A stretch of 57,622 nt of DNA from a virus (taxonomy: Duplodnaviria > Caudoviricetes), in IMG/VR virus record IMGVR_UViG_3300015360_000048, positions 1 through 57,622 of that record; one strand, written 5' to 3'. A program made the translations under genes and the position numbers. Of this stretch, positions 1 to 7,705 are shown in pieces. Positions within the stretch are counted from its first letter, which is position 1. The number at the start of each line of letters is the position of its first letter. The notes beneath the pieces are model-generated. The model was not told where the DNA came from. It did no database searches and saw only the letters and a list, made by a program, of their open reading frames with translations.

Positions 1-102
1 CCAGGCGATGACTCGGGCGATGACTCGGGCGATGACTCGGGTGATGACCCAGGCGATGACTCGGGTGGCAACGGTGGTGGCAAGGGCGGCAAAGACAAGT
101 AA
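1..102 (+). CDS. 3' end of a CDS with low-complexity (GDDS)n/Gly-rich C-terminus; truncated by window edge
   Basis: Frame 1 reads PGDDSGDDSGDDSGDDPGDDSGGNGGGKGGKDK-stop; 12-bp unit GGCGATGACTCG repeated about 5 times. Confidence 0.6.
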   Translation, partial: PGDDSGDDSGDDSGDDPGDDSGGNGGGKGGKDK

Positions 103-123
103 TCTTTCCAACCAGTCATAAAG

Positions 124-150
124 ATAGGGGCCTTAATCGGCCCCTATTTT
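124..150. terminator. Probable bidirectional rho-independent terminator
   Basis: ATAGGGGCC-ttaatc-GGCCCCTAT hairpin followed by T-run, between convergent genes. Confidence 0.75.
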
Positions 151-155
151 ATTCA

Positions 156-2108
156 TTAAACGATTTCACAACCACCTGGGCCTGAACAGGCCAATTCTTG
201 AGAAGAGGTCGTTGTATCTTCTTTCTCATATTCAGCCAATTTATTCCAATCTACATCTTTTGGCATTTTAGCGACTAGCGCATCGTATTCTTCCTTAGAG
301 CATTCCTGATATGGTGCTTGACGATAACTATGATCGTCCATAGGGAAGAATGAAACCCCTGATAGATACTCGAAGTTCTTATAGACCCAAGCACCCACTT
401 CAAGCCATTCGTTTTCTTTTACAGAGATACTAATCGAAGGCTTATGTTCACACCAATACATCTGATAGGTTTTCCAAATTTCCAAGTGTTCTGTTGCTGA
501 GAGATCTTTTCTGAATACTGCTCCCTTAGGTGCTTTAACCGGAAACGAGAAAACGTTATTATATTCCGGATGCATTACATCATCTTCAACTGGAAACCCC
601 ATCTCTGTCATCATCTTTGACAAAGGATCTTTCTTATCTGAACGTGCTGTTCTAATATAATACTGTGAGTGTCTTGCGTGTATGCCTGAGGCGGCATCTA
701 CTAGCTGTGACACTGTGCCTGAAGGTTTAACGGCTGTGATTGCTGTGGATGTTGGAATACCCAAAATCTTAGCGAATTCAGCATTTGTCTTAATAGCCAC
801 CTTACGCATTTCAGTAAGCCAGTCTTTAAGAGCTTGTACTCCCTTTGAACCGTTCAACACGGCATTGTCCATGATTCCAGTTAATGAAACGCCAAGAAGT
901 CTTTCTTCCTCTGTATTATGTTTCCATTTCTTAGATAGATAACGGAAGTGCGTCAACGTGGATTGGAATGTTCCAAGGATTGTTGCCGCTCTAACTTTTT
1001 CCAAAAGTGTTTCAAGAGTGTCTTCTGCTCTTACGACGACTTCTGTTAGATTGCAGAACTGTTTATCTCTTAGGATGATTTCAGAACACGGATTAGTTCC
1101 AAAGTCGTGATCAACATCTCTCATGACAGCCGATGATTTCATCAAGCTCTCTCTGAATGCGTTAGATCTGCCTACCTGTCTTTTAGATGAATCTCTTGAG
1201 AAGATACCACGTTCACCAGATTTTGATTCATAAAGTGAAATCCATTCTTTGAGGAACACCCCAATTTCAGGTTTGTCTGTATAGACTGCTGAGTTGTTAG
1301 CAATCGATCTTTGTGGTTGTGTTGTCCACCATTGACCTGACTTACATTCTCTCATACGTTCGTCAGACAAATTGGAAAGCGAGATCAATGCAGAACGACG
1401 AACGCCGCCCGACACTACGGTAGCTCCGATCATGCATATAATATCATGGCATTCCAAAGATGTTAGTTTCCGGCCAGCCGCGTTCTTAAAGACTTTAATA
1501 CAGAACCTGAACAAGTCTTCTAGAGGTTTTGGTCCTGAAGAACGCCCACCAAATGTCTTGAGTTTAGATCCTGCTGGCCTAACCTTTGATAGATCCCAAC
1601 GAGCCATCTGCCCTGTGTAAAGCAATGAGATTAATTCTTTCAATGCTTTCGCCCAACCTATCTTGCTGTCGCCAACAATGATGGTAGAGTCTGAATCAAA
1701 AAACTCCTCAGCAATTTCTGGGAGTTTGTTTATGAACTGTCTTTCTACGGAGAAGCCTACCCCGGTACCATTCATTAAAACAAAAAGAATTTCATCAAAT
1801 ACTCTGATATTATCAATCGCGACATAGCTACAATTATAGGCGCAGGTTGCATCTCTTTCTAAGGCCGGCCCAGCGGCCATCAAAGCTCGCATTGAAGGCA
1901 TGACCTTGAGACTGTAGGTTTGGTCACGCAAAGACTGAATCATTTTTGGATTAGAGTAACCGTGATTCTGTTTGAGATATCCGCTCATGTATTCGTAGTA
2001 TCTATCTACGGTCTCGTCCCAGGTTTCTCTTCTATTCTTTTCTTCTGTCCATTTTGAGTAGCGGCTGAGATGAATGTACTCTTGGTACTGGGTGGGTAAT
2101 ACGGACAA
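156..2108 (-). CDS. nrdJ: Class II (adenosylcobalamin-dependent) ribonucleotide reductase, monomeric RTPR type
   Basis: MPSMR, AYNC, GTGVGF, GGVRRSA, TNPCSEI, CNL, VKPSGT, EHKPS and C-terminal CSGPGGCEIV; no small subunit adjacent; TTG start. Confidence 0.9.
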   Translation of the reverse strand: MSVLPTQYQEYIHLSRYSKWTEEKNRRETWDETVDRYYEYMSGYLKQNHGYSNPKMIQSLRDQTYSLKVMPSMRALMAAGPALERDATCAYNCSYVAIDNIRVFDEILFVLMNGTGVGFSVERQFINKLPEIAEEFFDSDSTIIVGDSKIGWAKALKELISLLYTGQMARWDLSKVRPAGSKLKTFGGRSSGPKPLEDLFRFCIKVFKNAAGRKLTSLECHDIICMIGATVVSGGVRRSALISLSNLSDERMRECKSGQWWTTQPQRSIANNSAVYTDKPEIGVFLKEWISLYESKSGERGIFSRDSSKRQVGRSNAFRESLMKSSAVMRDVDHDFGTNPCSEIILRDKQFCNLTEVVVRAEDTLETLLEKVRAATILGTFQSTLTHFRYLSKKWKHNTEEERLLGVSLTGIMDNAVLNGSKGVQALKDWLTEMRKVAIKTNAEFAKILGIPTSTAITAVKPSGTVSQLVDAASGIHARHSQYYIRTARSDKKDPLSKMMTEMGFPVEDDVMHPEYNNVFSFPVKAPKGAVFRKDLSATEHLEIWKTYQMYWCEHKPSISISVKENEWLEVGAWVYKNFEYLSGVSFFPMDDHSYRQAPYQECSKEEYDALVAKMPKDVDWNKLAEYEKEDTTTSSQELACSGPGGCEIV

Positions 2109-2136
2109 TTTTATTTCCTTTTTTCTTATTCTTGAT

Positions 2137-3138
2137 TTATATTTTGAACCAACCAGAAAGTGCGAGACGCAACCTCATTCCTGAATGGGTATTTTCGTTG
2201 ATTATTTGGGTAATTTTTTCAGAAGTCATGCCGCCCTGGATCATCTTATTGATATCTTTATATCCGACATCTTCTGGCCATACGCACATATTCCATCCCT
2301 CTTCAGCAATCTTCTTCATCCGATGCTTGAGTTCCCGATTTCTCGGCTGGTTGTCAAAAATGATTATGGTGTTTTCTTTTGCTATGAGATCTGTGAGCTT
2401 CGAGAAGTCTGCTCCTGACACTGCTAATGAGTTATTCAAAAACATGCTGTCAAATGCCCCCTCCGTAACGAATATTTTTTTCTGCAGATCTATATTTTCC
2501 AAATTGTATATGAGTGGTTCATTTTCGGTTCGTAACATATTTATATATCTGAGTTTGGATTTATAGATGGCCCGGGTGTTTATGCCAACTATATTTTTCG
2601 CCCTATTTCTGATTGGTATGATTATCCGGGGTTCGTTATGAAATTTGATTTCTTCATACTTTGGGAACTCCTTCTTGAGGGTGTTCAAATCTTCAAGATA
2701 GAAGAGATCTGTCCACTTCTCTTTTGGTATCTTTCTATCTTCTAGATATTTAACCGCGGTATCATCTGCTGGCAGATTCGATATTCTGGTCGCCACCATA
2801 TCCAAGAACATGGTGCTCGTCTGCTTTACCGGCTTCGCAACATAGACGAATTCTTTCTTCTCAGGCGTTCTGTCTTTGTAGCGTTCAAATGAATATTCTT
2901 TGAACAGCGTTGGATTGAGATTTCTTAAGGCATTAGTGAACGTCGTACCATGGCCGCAATTGTGGCAGCGATAGAAATACTTCTGATCGCGCATGTAAAT
3001 ATACCCCCTTGACCTTGTGGTGTTCGTTTCCGAATCCCCACAAAATGGGCAGCTGAAGTTATAAAGGTTGCTATCTTTTTGCTTAAAATTTCTCAGCGAC
3101 TGGCCGAGAATGGCGATGTATTTTTTTTCTAACCACAT
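2137..3138 (-). CDS. gp61: DNA primase (T4 gp61-like)
   Basis: N-terminal Zn finger CPFCGDS...CHNCG; TOPRIM EGAFD, FDNQPRN, KDIN. Confidence 0.93.
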   Translation of the reverse strand: MWLEKKYIAILGQSLRNFKQKDSNLYNFSCPFCGDSETNTTRSRGYIYMRDQKYFYRCHNCGHGTTFTNALRNLNPTLFKEYSFERYKDRTPEKKEFVYVAKPVKQTSTMFLDMVATRISNLPADDTAVKYLEDRKIPKEKWTDLFYLEDLNTLKKEFPKYEEIKFHNEPRIIIPIRNRAKNIVGINTRAIYKSKLRYINMLRTENEPLIYNLENIDLQKKIFVTEGAFDSMFLNNSLAVSGADFSKLTDLIAKENTIIIFDNQPRNRELKHRMKKIAEEGWNMCVWPEDVGYKDINKMIQGGMTSEKITQIINENTHSGMRLRLALSGWFKI

Positions 3139-3184
3139 TATTTATCATCATAGAATATACGATCTTCAATAATTAATCAAGAAA

Positions 3185-3691
3185 TTATTCAGCAGATGGA
3201 GCTTTTACTTCGAAAATTTCTGAATTGAGTATGACCTTTATAGGTGCGAGTCCTTGGCCGCGATCAATGTCCATCAAGAGTGAAATTCTATATGTTCCAG
3301 GAACGTCTGGCTTACACTCTGCGCCAACGAAATCTTTCAGAAGCAAAGAGCGTTCAATTCTTATGTTTGATACTTTATATGTTTCTTTGATGTTTCTTAC
3401 GCATTCTGTGATGAGAGATTTATCAATGAGTGTCTGAACTCTGATGCTGGTTTCTGATACGAAATCTCTGTAAACAACCCTGTCGTAAATCATCCCGATT
3501 TCATCTTCACCGACAACATAATCTGCAACGGCGAGCTGTGCTACTTCATACCATTTTGAAATGTCTTCATTTTCGAGGACGCTCTTCTTATAGTAGAAGA
3601 TAGCGTTCACCAAAAGAACGCAGATGAAAAAGGCTATGGTAAATTGGAAAAGATGTGATTTCATTTGTGCAAGCACTTTAAAGGTAAGCAT
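3185..3691 (-). CDS. Hypothetical protein with N-terminal transmembrane segment
   Basis: Hydrophobic LFQFTIAFFICVLLVNAIFYY followed by a soluble domain with two further Cys. Confidence 0.6.
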   Translation of the reverse strand: MLTFKVLAQMKSHLFQFTIAFFICVLLVNAIFYYKKSVLENEDISKWYEVAQLAVADYVVGEDEIGMIYDRVVYRDFVSETSIRVQTLIDKSLITECVRNIKETYKVSNIRIERSLLLKDFVGAECKPDVPGTYRISLLMDIDRGQGLAPIKVILNSEIFEVKAPSAE

Positions 3692-3696
3692 TTTAT

Positions 3697-3975
3697 TTAT
3701 CCTCCGATGCGGATCTTTATATACTTTGCAACGAATTCAGTAAAAGTAAAGTAGGCGCCAAGCATGACCCCAATCCAAATGACAATATTCTTCGCCGCCG
3801 AGCCAAAATAGCCTATAGCCGCGAAGCTCTTATATAGTTCTACCACTTTCTTAATGACGGCTATTTCATCATCATTAAAAGTAACGGTCTTCTCTTTCTT
3901 TTCAAGAAGTGTTTCTAGTTTTTTGAGAGCGGCCAGCTCTTCATCTGAGAAAATATTTGTTTTTGGATCTGACAT
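3697..3975 (-). CDS. Small membrane protein (holin-like topology)
   Basis: Charged N-terminus, hydrophobic IVIWIGVMLGAYFTF, basic C-terminus. Confidence 0.55.
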   Translation of the reverse strand: MSDPKTNIFSDEELAALKKLETLLEKKEKTVTFNDDEIAVIKKVVELYKSFAAIGYFGSAAKNIVIWIGVMLGAYFTFTEFVAKYIKIRIGG

Positions 3976-3978
3976 GGT

Positions 3979-4608
3979 TTAATGCCTTCTAAAATACATC
4001 ATCGCCCCAGTCTTTGAGTTCTGTAGGATGATATTGGATTTAGGGTTTTTCTTCGCATATTGTTTAATTTCTTCGCCCACTTCGTCTTCACCAACGTAGT
4101 TCTTATAGCGGGAGTATTTAGGTCTGCCAAATCTTGACTTCCATTGTGTTTCATGATCTACTTGGAAAACCTTAGTGCCAGCAAATGAGTCATTGGAGTT
4201 TATGCCGGCGATGTGACCACCTACCGTTGCATTTGCTGCGGCATCTTCTGTCATCATTTCTGGGGTGACTTGATCCCAATACTCTTTCATGAGCAGGAGG
4301 AATTCGTCTGTTGCTAATTCTTTTTCGTGATAGTTGTGCCCTTCCTTGATAAGGAGCAGAGCTGAAGCGAAAGTAACGAGTCTGGTATTGCCACCTGGAA
4401 CCTTAGCTAGAATTTGTTTGATGTTTCTGATTAGAACATCAAACATCTTAAATGATCTATTTTGTTCTTCTGTACGAAATGCCTTGGCAATCAAGATGTT
4501 TCCGTCTTCGTCGATAACACCTGTCTTAAATGCTTTCCATTGATTGAATGGGAGCGTCAATCTTCTTACAAAATTATAGATCAGGAATAGATCGATTACA
4601 CCTGCCAT
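3979..4608 (-). CDS. Conserved T4-like hypothetical, probable virion protein
   Basis: N-terminal LTLPFNQWKAFKTGVIDEDGN pattern familiar from T4-like marine phages; MTE/DAAAN resembles a prohead-protease site. Confidence 0.65.
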   Translation of the reverse strand: MAGVIDLFLIYNFVRRLTLPFNQWKAFKTGVIDEDGNILIAKAFRTEEQNRSFKMFDVLIRNIKQILAKVPGGNTRLVTFASALLLIKEGHNYHEKELATDEFLLLMKEYWDQVTPEMMTEDAAANATVGGHIAGINSNDSFAGTKVFQVDHETQWKSRFGRPKYSRYKNYVGEDEVGEEIKQYAKKNPKSNIILQNSKTGAMMYFRRH

Positions 4609-4823
4609 TTCTTAACCTCTTCTTTTATATCCTCTAGACGGTCTTTCCAGACAGGAGCGATCGCTGTTCTGGTCAACTCATCTGTCGAAGCCAATGCTTC
4701 TTTTGCCAATGTAATGGCGAATTTCAATTTAGCAAAGTTCTCATTTACTTCTTTCAATTTATAGATCACTTTGACGCCGTTGGTGATATTTGCTTCTTCC
4801 AAGAAATCTTTAAACTTATCCAT
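4596..4823 (-). CDS. Small probable internal head protein
   Basis: N-terminus MDKFKDFLEE resembles the T4 capsid-targeting sequence MKTYQEFIAE. Confidence 0.5.
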   Translation of the reverse strand: MDKFKDFLEEANITNGVKVIYKLKEVNENFAKLKFAITLAKEALASTDELTRTAIAPVWKDRLEDIKEEVKKWQV

Positions 4824-5212
4824 TAGGCCCTCATCACTGCATCTGGTGACATGAAGTTCTTTTTTCTCATTACAGTCTTAGCAGACATCTCAATCATGCC
4901 GGTCTGCCGATTCCAGTCTATTGCAACTGGTGAATTGATATCTGACGCCATGTCTTTTAGAACAACTTCCGCCCCGGCACTCATCTTGAGTTTATTACCG
5001 TTCTTTTGAAACTGTTTATTGAATAACGAAACTAATTCTGAAACTGTAATTTGACGGCCATTTCTAGGGTCATTCACCCGATCTAGAAAGTGTCTTGTAA
5101 ACTCAACATCTATACCAACCATCTTAAAGAGCTGGTCAGCATATTTTTCAATTGAGTTCAGGTCGTTCTGTGTGACCTCTTGCTCTTCTCTGAGAAAAGA
5201 TCTAAGTGACAT
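4823..5212 (-). CDS. Probable internal head protein
   Basis: N-terminus MSLRSFLREE (CTS-like); FTRHFLDRVNDPRN and KTVMRK motifs. Confidence 0.55.
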   Translation of the reverse strand: MSLRSFLREEQEVTQNDLNSIEKYADQLFKMVGIDVEFTRHFLDRVNDPRNGRQITVSELVSLFNKQFQKNGNKLKMSAGAEVVLKDMASDINSPVAIDWNRQTGMIEMSAKTVMRKKNFMSPDAVMRA

Positions 5213-5213
5213 C

Positions 5214-5504
5214 TCATTTCTTTCCTAGAAGGCTTGTGTCTTTAGCATTGATTCTAGAAGCCATATCTTTTGATTTAATTGCGAGCTGTCTTGAGAACTG
5301 TTCTTTCTGTTCTTTGTCGTCAGTCTTGTTTATGTGATTATGAACGTTATCTAGTGCATCGATAAGATCCACATATTCCTGCTGAACTTCATACATTAGC
5401 TCCTGGAATTTTGATCCAGTCTTCTTGTCTGGTTCTTCAATCAACAGACGTTGCAACTTAATGGAGCCGTCTAAGATTGCCTGAGCTAATGGATCTTTTC
5501 TCAT
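5214..5504 (-). CDS. Small helical protein with shared N-terminal leader; paralog of 5504..5752
   Basis: MRKDPLAQAILDGSIKL; EQKEQFSRQL aligns with EQKTQFSSQL. Confidence 0.6.
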   Translation of the reverse strand: MRKDPLAQAILDGSIKLQRLLIEEPDKKTGSKFQELMYEVQQEYVDLIDALDNVHNHINKTDDKEQKEQFSRQLAIKSKDMASRINAKDTSLLGKK

Positions 5505-5752
5505 TAGAATCTCGATTTAATCTTTGATTTCACCTTGTTTAGTTGAGATGAGAATTGAGTCTTCTGTTCTCCGTTGCCCAGCCGAGACACGACAATTTCA
5601 GCTTTCTCAACAGCGTTAATCAATTCTTCATAAGCTGATTGAACATCAGACATAGCACCTTGAAATGCCTGCCCTGATCTTGGGTCTACTGCCTCTTTGT
5701 GGAGTTTAATTGCTCCAGAGCGAAGGTCGTCGATTAGTTTATTCGTTCTCAT
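5504..5752 (-). CDS. Small helical protein with shared N-terminal leader; paralog of 5214..5504
   Basis: MRTNKLIDDLRSGAIKL; stop/start overlap with neighbours. Confidence 0.6.
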   Translation of the reverse strand: MRTNKLIDDLRSGAIKLHKEAVDPRSGQAFQGAMSDVQSAYEELINAVEKAEIVVSRLGNGEQKTQFSSQLNKVKSKIKSRF

Positions 5753-5916
5753 TACTTTTTGCTTCCTTTTGTGATAGCCTTCATAATAGAATCTGACATA
5801 TCTGCGTCGAGTTTATTATTGCTGGCTAGTTCTTCTTTCTTGATGAGATCTTCTGCAACATTGTTGAATTTAATCTTACCACTAAAAATATCATCCGCTA
5901 ATACATTCTTTTTCAT
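5752..5916 (-). CDS. 54-aa protein with shared N-terminal leader (not in ORF track)
   Basis: Manual translation MKKNVLADDIFSGKIKFNNVAEDLIKKEELASNNKLDADMSDSIMKAITKGSKK; fills the gap between neighbours exactly. Confidence 0.6.
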   Translation of the reverse strand: MKKNVLADDIFSGKIKFNNVAEDLIKKEELASNNKLDADMSDSIMKAITKGSKK

Positions 5917-6318
5917 TTAACCGTTTCCTTTTTGGATTTCTCTAATTTTCTGTATAACATGAGCATCTAGAATAATGTCCTTGGTTACAACGACGTTTCC
6001 TTTGGCGCCCACATTCTCAATCAGTTCAGAAGCAAAACCTAATGAAATAAGAAAAGGCATCAAACTTCCTAAATATTCACCGAGTTTCAATATCAACATT
6101 TTTGTGCAGGCCCGAGCTTCGAACACATTAAATAGAATCACCAAATGGTTGACTATCAGTTGCTCTCTTAGGACACCCTTCGTATGATAGGAATAAAACA
6201 ACTTCTTCAAGTATTTTATTCTGTTCAAATCTTCTTCAAATTCCTCTGTCGAAGTACACGATGGGTTGTCATAATGCCGTGCCGCAAATATAATATAATT
6301 TTCGTTCGTCAGAACCAT
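5917..6318 (-). CDS. Conserved T4-like phage hypothetical protein
   Basis: LTNENYIIFAARHYDNPSC..EEFEEDLNRIKYLKKL..LIVNHLVILFNVF pattern common in T4-like phages. Confidence 0.7.
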   Translation of the reverse strand: MVLTNENYIIFAARHYDNPSCTSTEEFEEDLNRIKYLKKLFYSYHTKGVLREQLIVNHLVILFNVFEARACTKMLILKLGEYLGSLMPFLISLGFASELIENVGAKGNVVVTKDIILDAHVIQKIREIQKGNG

Positions 6319-6324
6319 CTCGAA

Positions 6325-6654
6325 TTAACTTATAACCTTGAATAATATTCTATCTCCTTGATCTTGATAAAGATCCAATCCAGGGTATTCCTTTCTTTTA
6401 AATCTTCCAAGCAGAGCTGCCATCCACAATTTTTCATCATCTTTCTTATTGAATTTTACCACAGCCATGCCGTTTCTGTTTGGTTTACCACCAACTTCTG
6501 GCCCAACGATAGACATGTTATAATCTTTCATCATCTTTTCTAAAGACTTCATCCCTTTTGAATTTGGATCCAAATGAGGTTCGGAGTTTTCAGAGAGTGA
6601 AATGGTACCCTTGAAAATGTCTTCGGCCAAAGTATCTTTCTTAATCTTAATCAT
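6325..6654 (-). CDS. Small protein with shared N-terminal leader
   Basis: MIKIKKDTLAEDIFKGTISLSE; AGGAG RBS. Confidence 0.6.
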   Translation of the reverse strand: MIKIKKDTLAEDIFKGTISLSENSEPHLDPNSKGMKSLEKMMKDYNMSIVGPEVGGKPNRNGMAVVKFNKKDDEKLWMAALLGRFKRKEYPGLDLYQDQGDRILFKVIS

Positions 6655-6662
6655 TTTGCTCC

Positions 6663-7076
6663 TTAGAAGCTACTGAGTGCAGTTCTTTTAAAGGTTGTGT
6701 TTGAGGTTCTAATATAGAGATAACTTGAATCCCAAGCTATCGTTCCTGTCTTATATCCCGTCACAGTGGAGTTGGCTGGCGTAAAGCTCCCTGCAATAGT
6801 GATTTTATTGTTTGATGTAGTGAAAGAATTGACCTTAGTGATTCCCGAAATGTTCACGTTAGCAGTGATATAAGTATTCGAGGATTGCACGTAAACGTTC
6901 CCCTGCATTGTCGTCGTTCCCTTGAACGTGGTGTTCGATGGGAGCTGTGCAATGAGCGAACGCAAAGTAATCTTCTTAGACTGAGGGGAGCCTGAGGGAT
7001 CATCTATGATTAATAGAAGATCTTCTCCAGCCGGCACCGACAAAGTCTGTAATTCAGAGATTTTCTTTGATGGCAT
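6663..7076 (-). CDS. Virion structural / fibre-like protein
   Basis: SKKISEL..GEDLLLIIDD..SKKITL N-terminus and GTIAWDSSYLYI..KRTALSSF C-terminus typical of phage fibre/decoration proteins; S/T/N-rich. Confidence 0.6.
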   Translation of the reverse strand: MPSKKISELQTLSVPAGEDLLLIIDDPSGSPQSKKITLRSLIAQLPSNTTFKGTTTMQGNVYVQSSNTYITANVNISGITKVNSFTTSNNKITIAGSFTPANSTVTGYKTGTIAWDSSYLYIRTSNTTFKRTALSSF

Positions 7077-7080
7077 TGTA

Positions 7081-7626
7081 TTAGGCCGTTACTGTTACAG
7101 AGCCGGCGTTGTTAGAAATTGGGCCATTGATTACCAATACAACGTTTCTAGCACCTGTGTTGGTTGATTTCAAGCTGATTGCCGTCGCTGTAGAGTTTGC
7201 TACGGTCTGCGACTGGATCTTGAATGTGCCCACGCCTGCCGCCTTCCAACGAACCATCAGAGTGTTATTAGCACCTCTAACTGTAGTTGCTGTTGATCTA
7301 GCGATCATGTTGTTACCGCCGGCGGTGTTAGCAACTGTAATTTTGACGTTACCTGCGGCCCACTTCATTGGTTCTGAGAACGAAATATATGTGTTCACGA
7401 AACTACCGTTGACGGTTGATCTGGTTGAATGCCACATATCTGTGACTTTGGCTGTGTTGAAATTGCTTGTGTTTGATAGCTGAGCGAGAGGGATGAGAAT
7501 TTCGTCCTTCGATCTTGTGCCAGACTTAATACGTCTGACGAAGCCTTTATTGGTAACGATGACGTTACGCTTTTCCTTGCCCTTGAGGTTCTTAGGAAGG
7601 AACGTGGTTTTATTCCATAGTGCCAT
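7081..7626 (-). CDS. Virion structural protein (beta-rich, Ig-like C-terminal part)
   Basis: MALW start, T/N/A-rich beta-strand pattern; directly downstream of a late promoter. Confidence 0.55.
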   Translation of the reverse strand: MALWNKTTFLPKNLKGKEKRNVIVTNKGFVRRIKSGTRSKDEILIPLAQLSNTSNFNTAKVTDMWHSTRSTVNGSFVNTYISFSEPMKWAAGNVKITVANTAGGNNMIARSTATTVRGANNTLMVRWKAAGVGTFKIQSQTVANSTATAISLKSTNTGARNVVLVINGPISNNAGSVTVTA

Positions 7627-7697
7627 TTTAGTGTCTCCGCTTTTCGATTGTTGATGGGTTACGAGTAAATCTACTCAACATGATATAAGTTCAAAGT

Positions 7698-7705
7698 TAT
7701 TTATA
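7698..7705 (-). promoter_or_regulatory. T4-type late promoter (TATAAATA)
   Basis: Exact TATAAATA on minus strand upstream of the 7626-to-3185 gene run. Confidence 0.8.

Noticed and set aside
2538-2545. TATAAATA inside primase (also 36902-36909 inside uvsW)
   Set aside because: Deep within coding sequence and far from a start codon; plausible by chance in AT-rich DNA.
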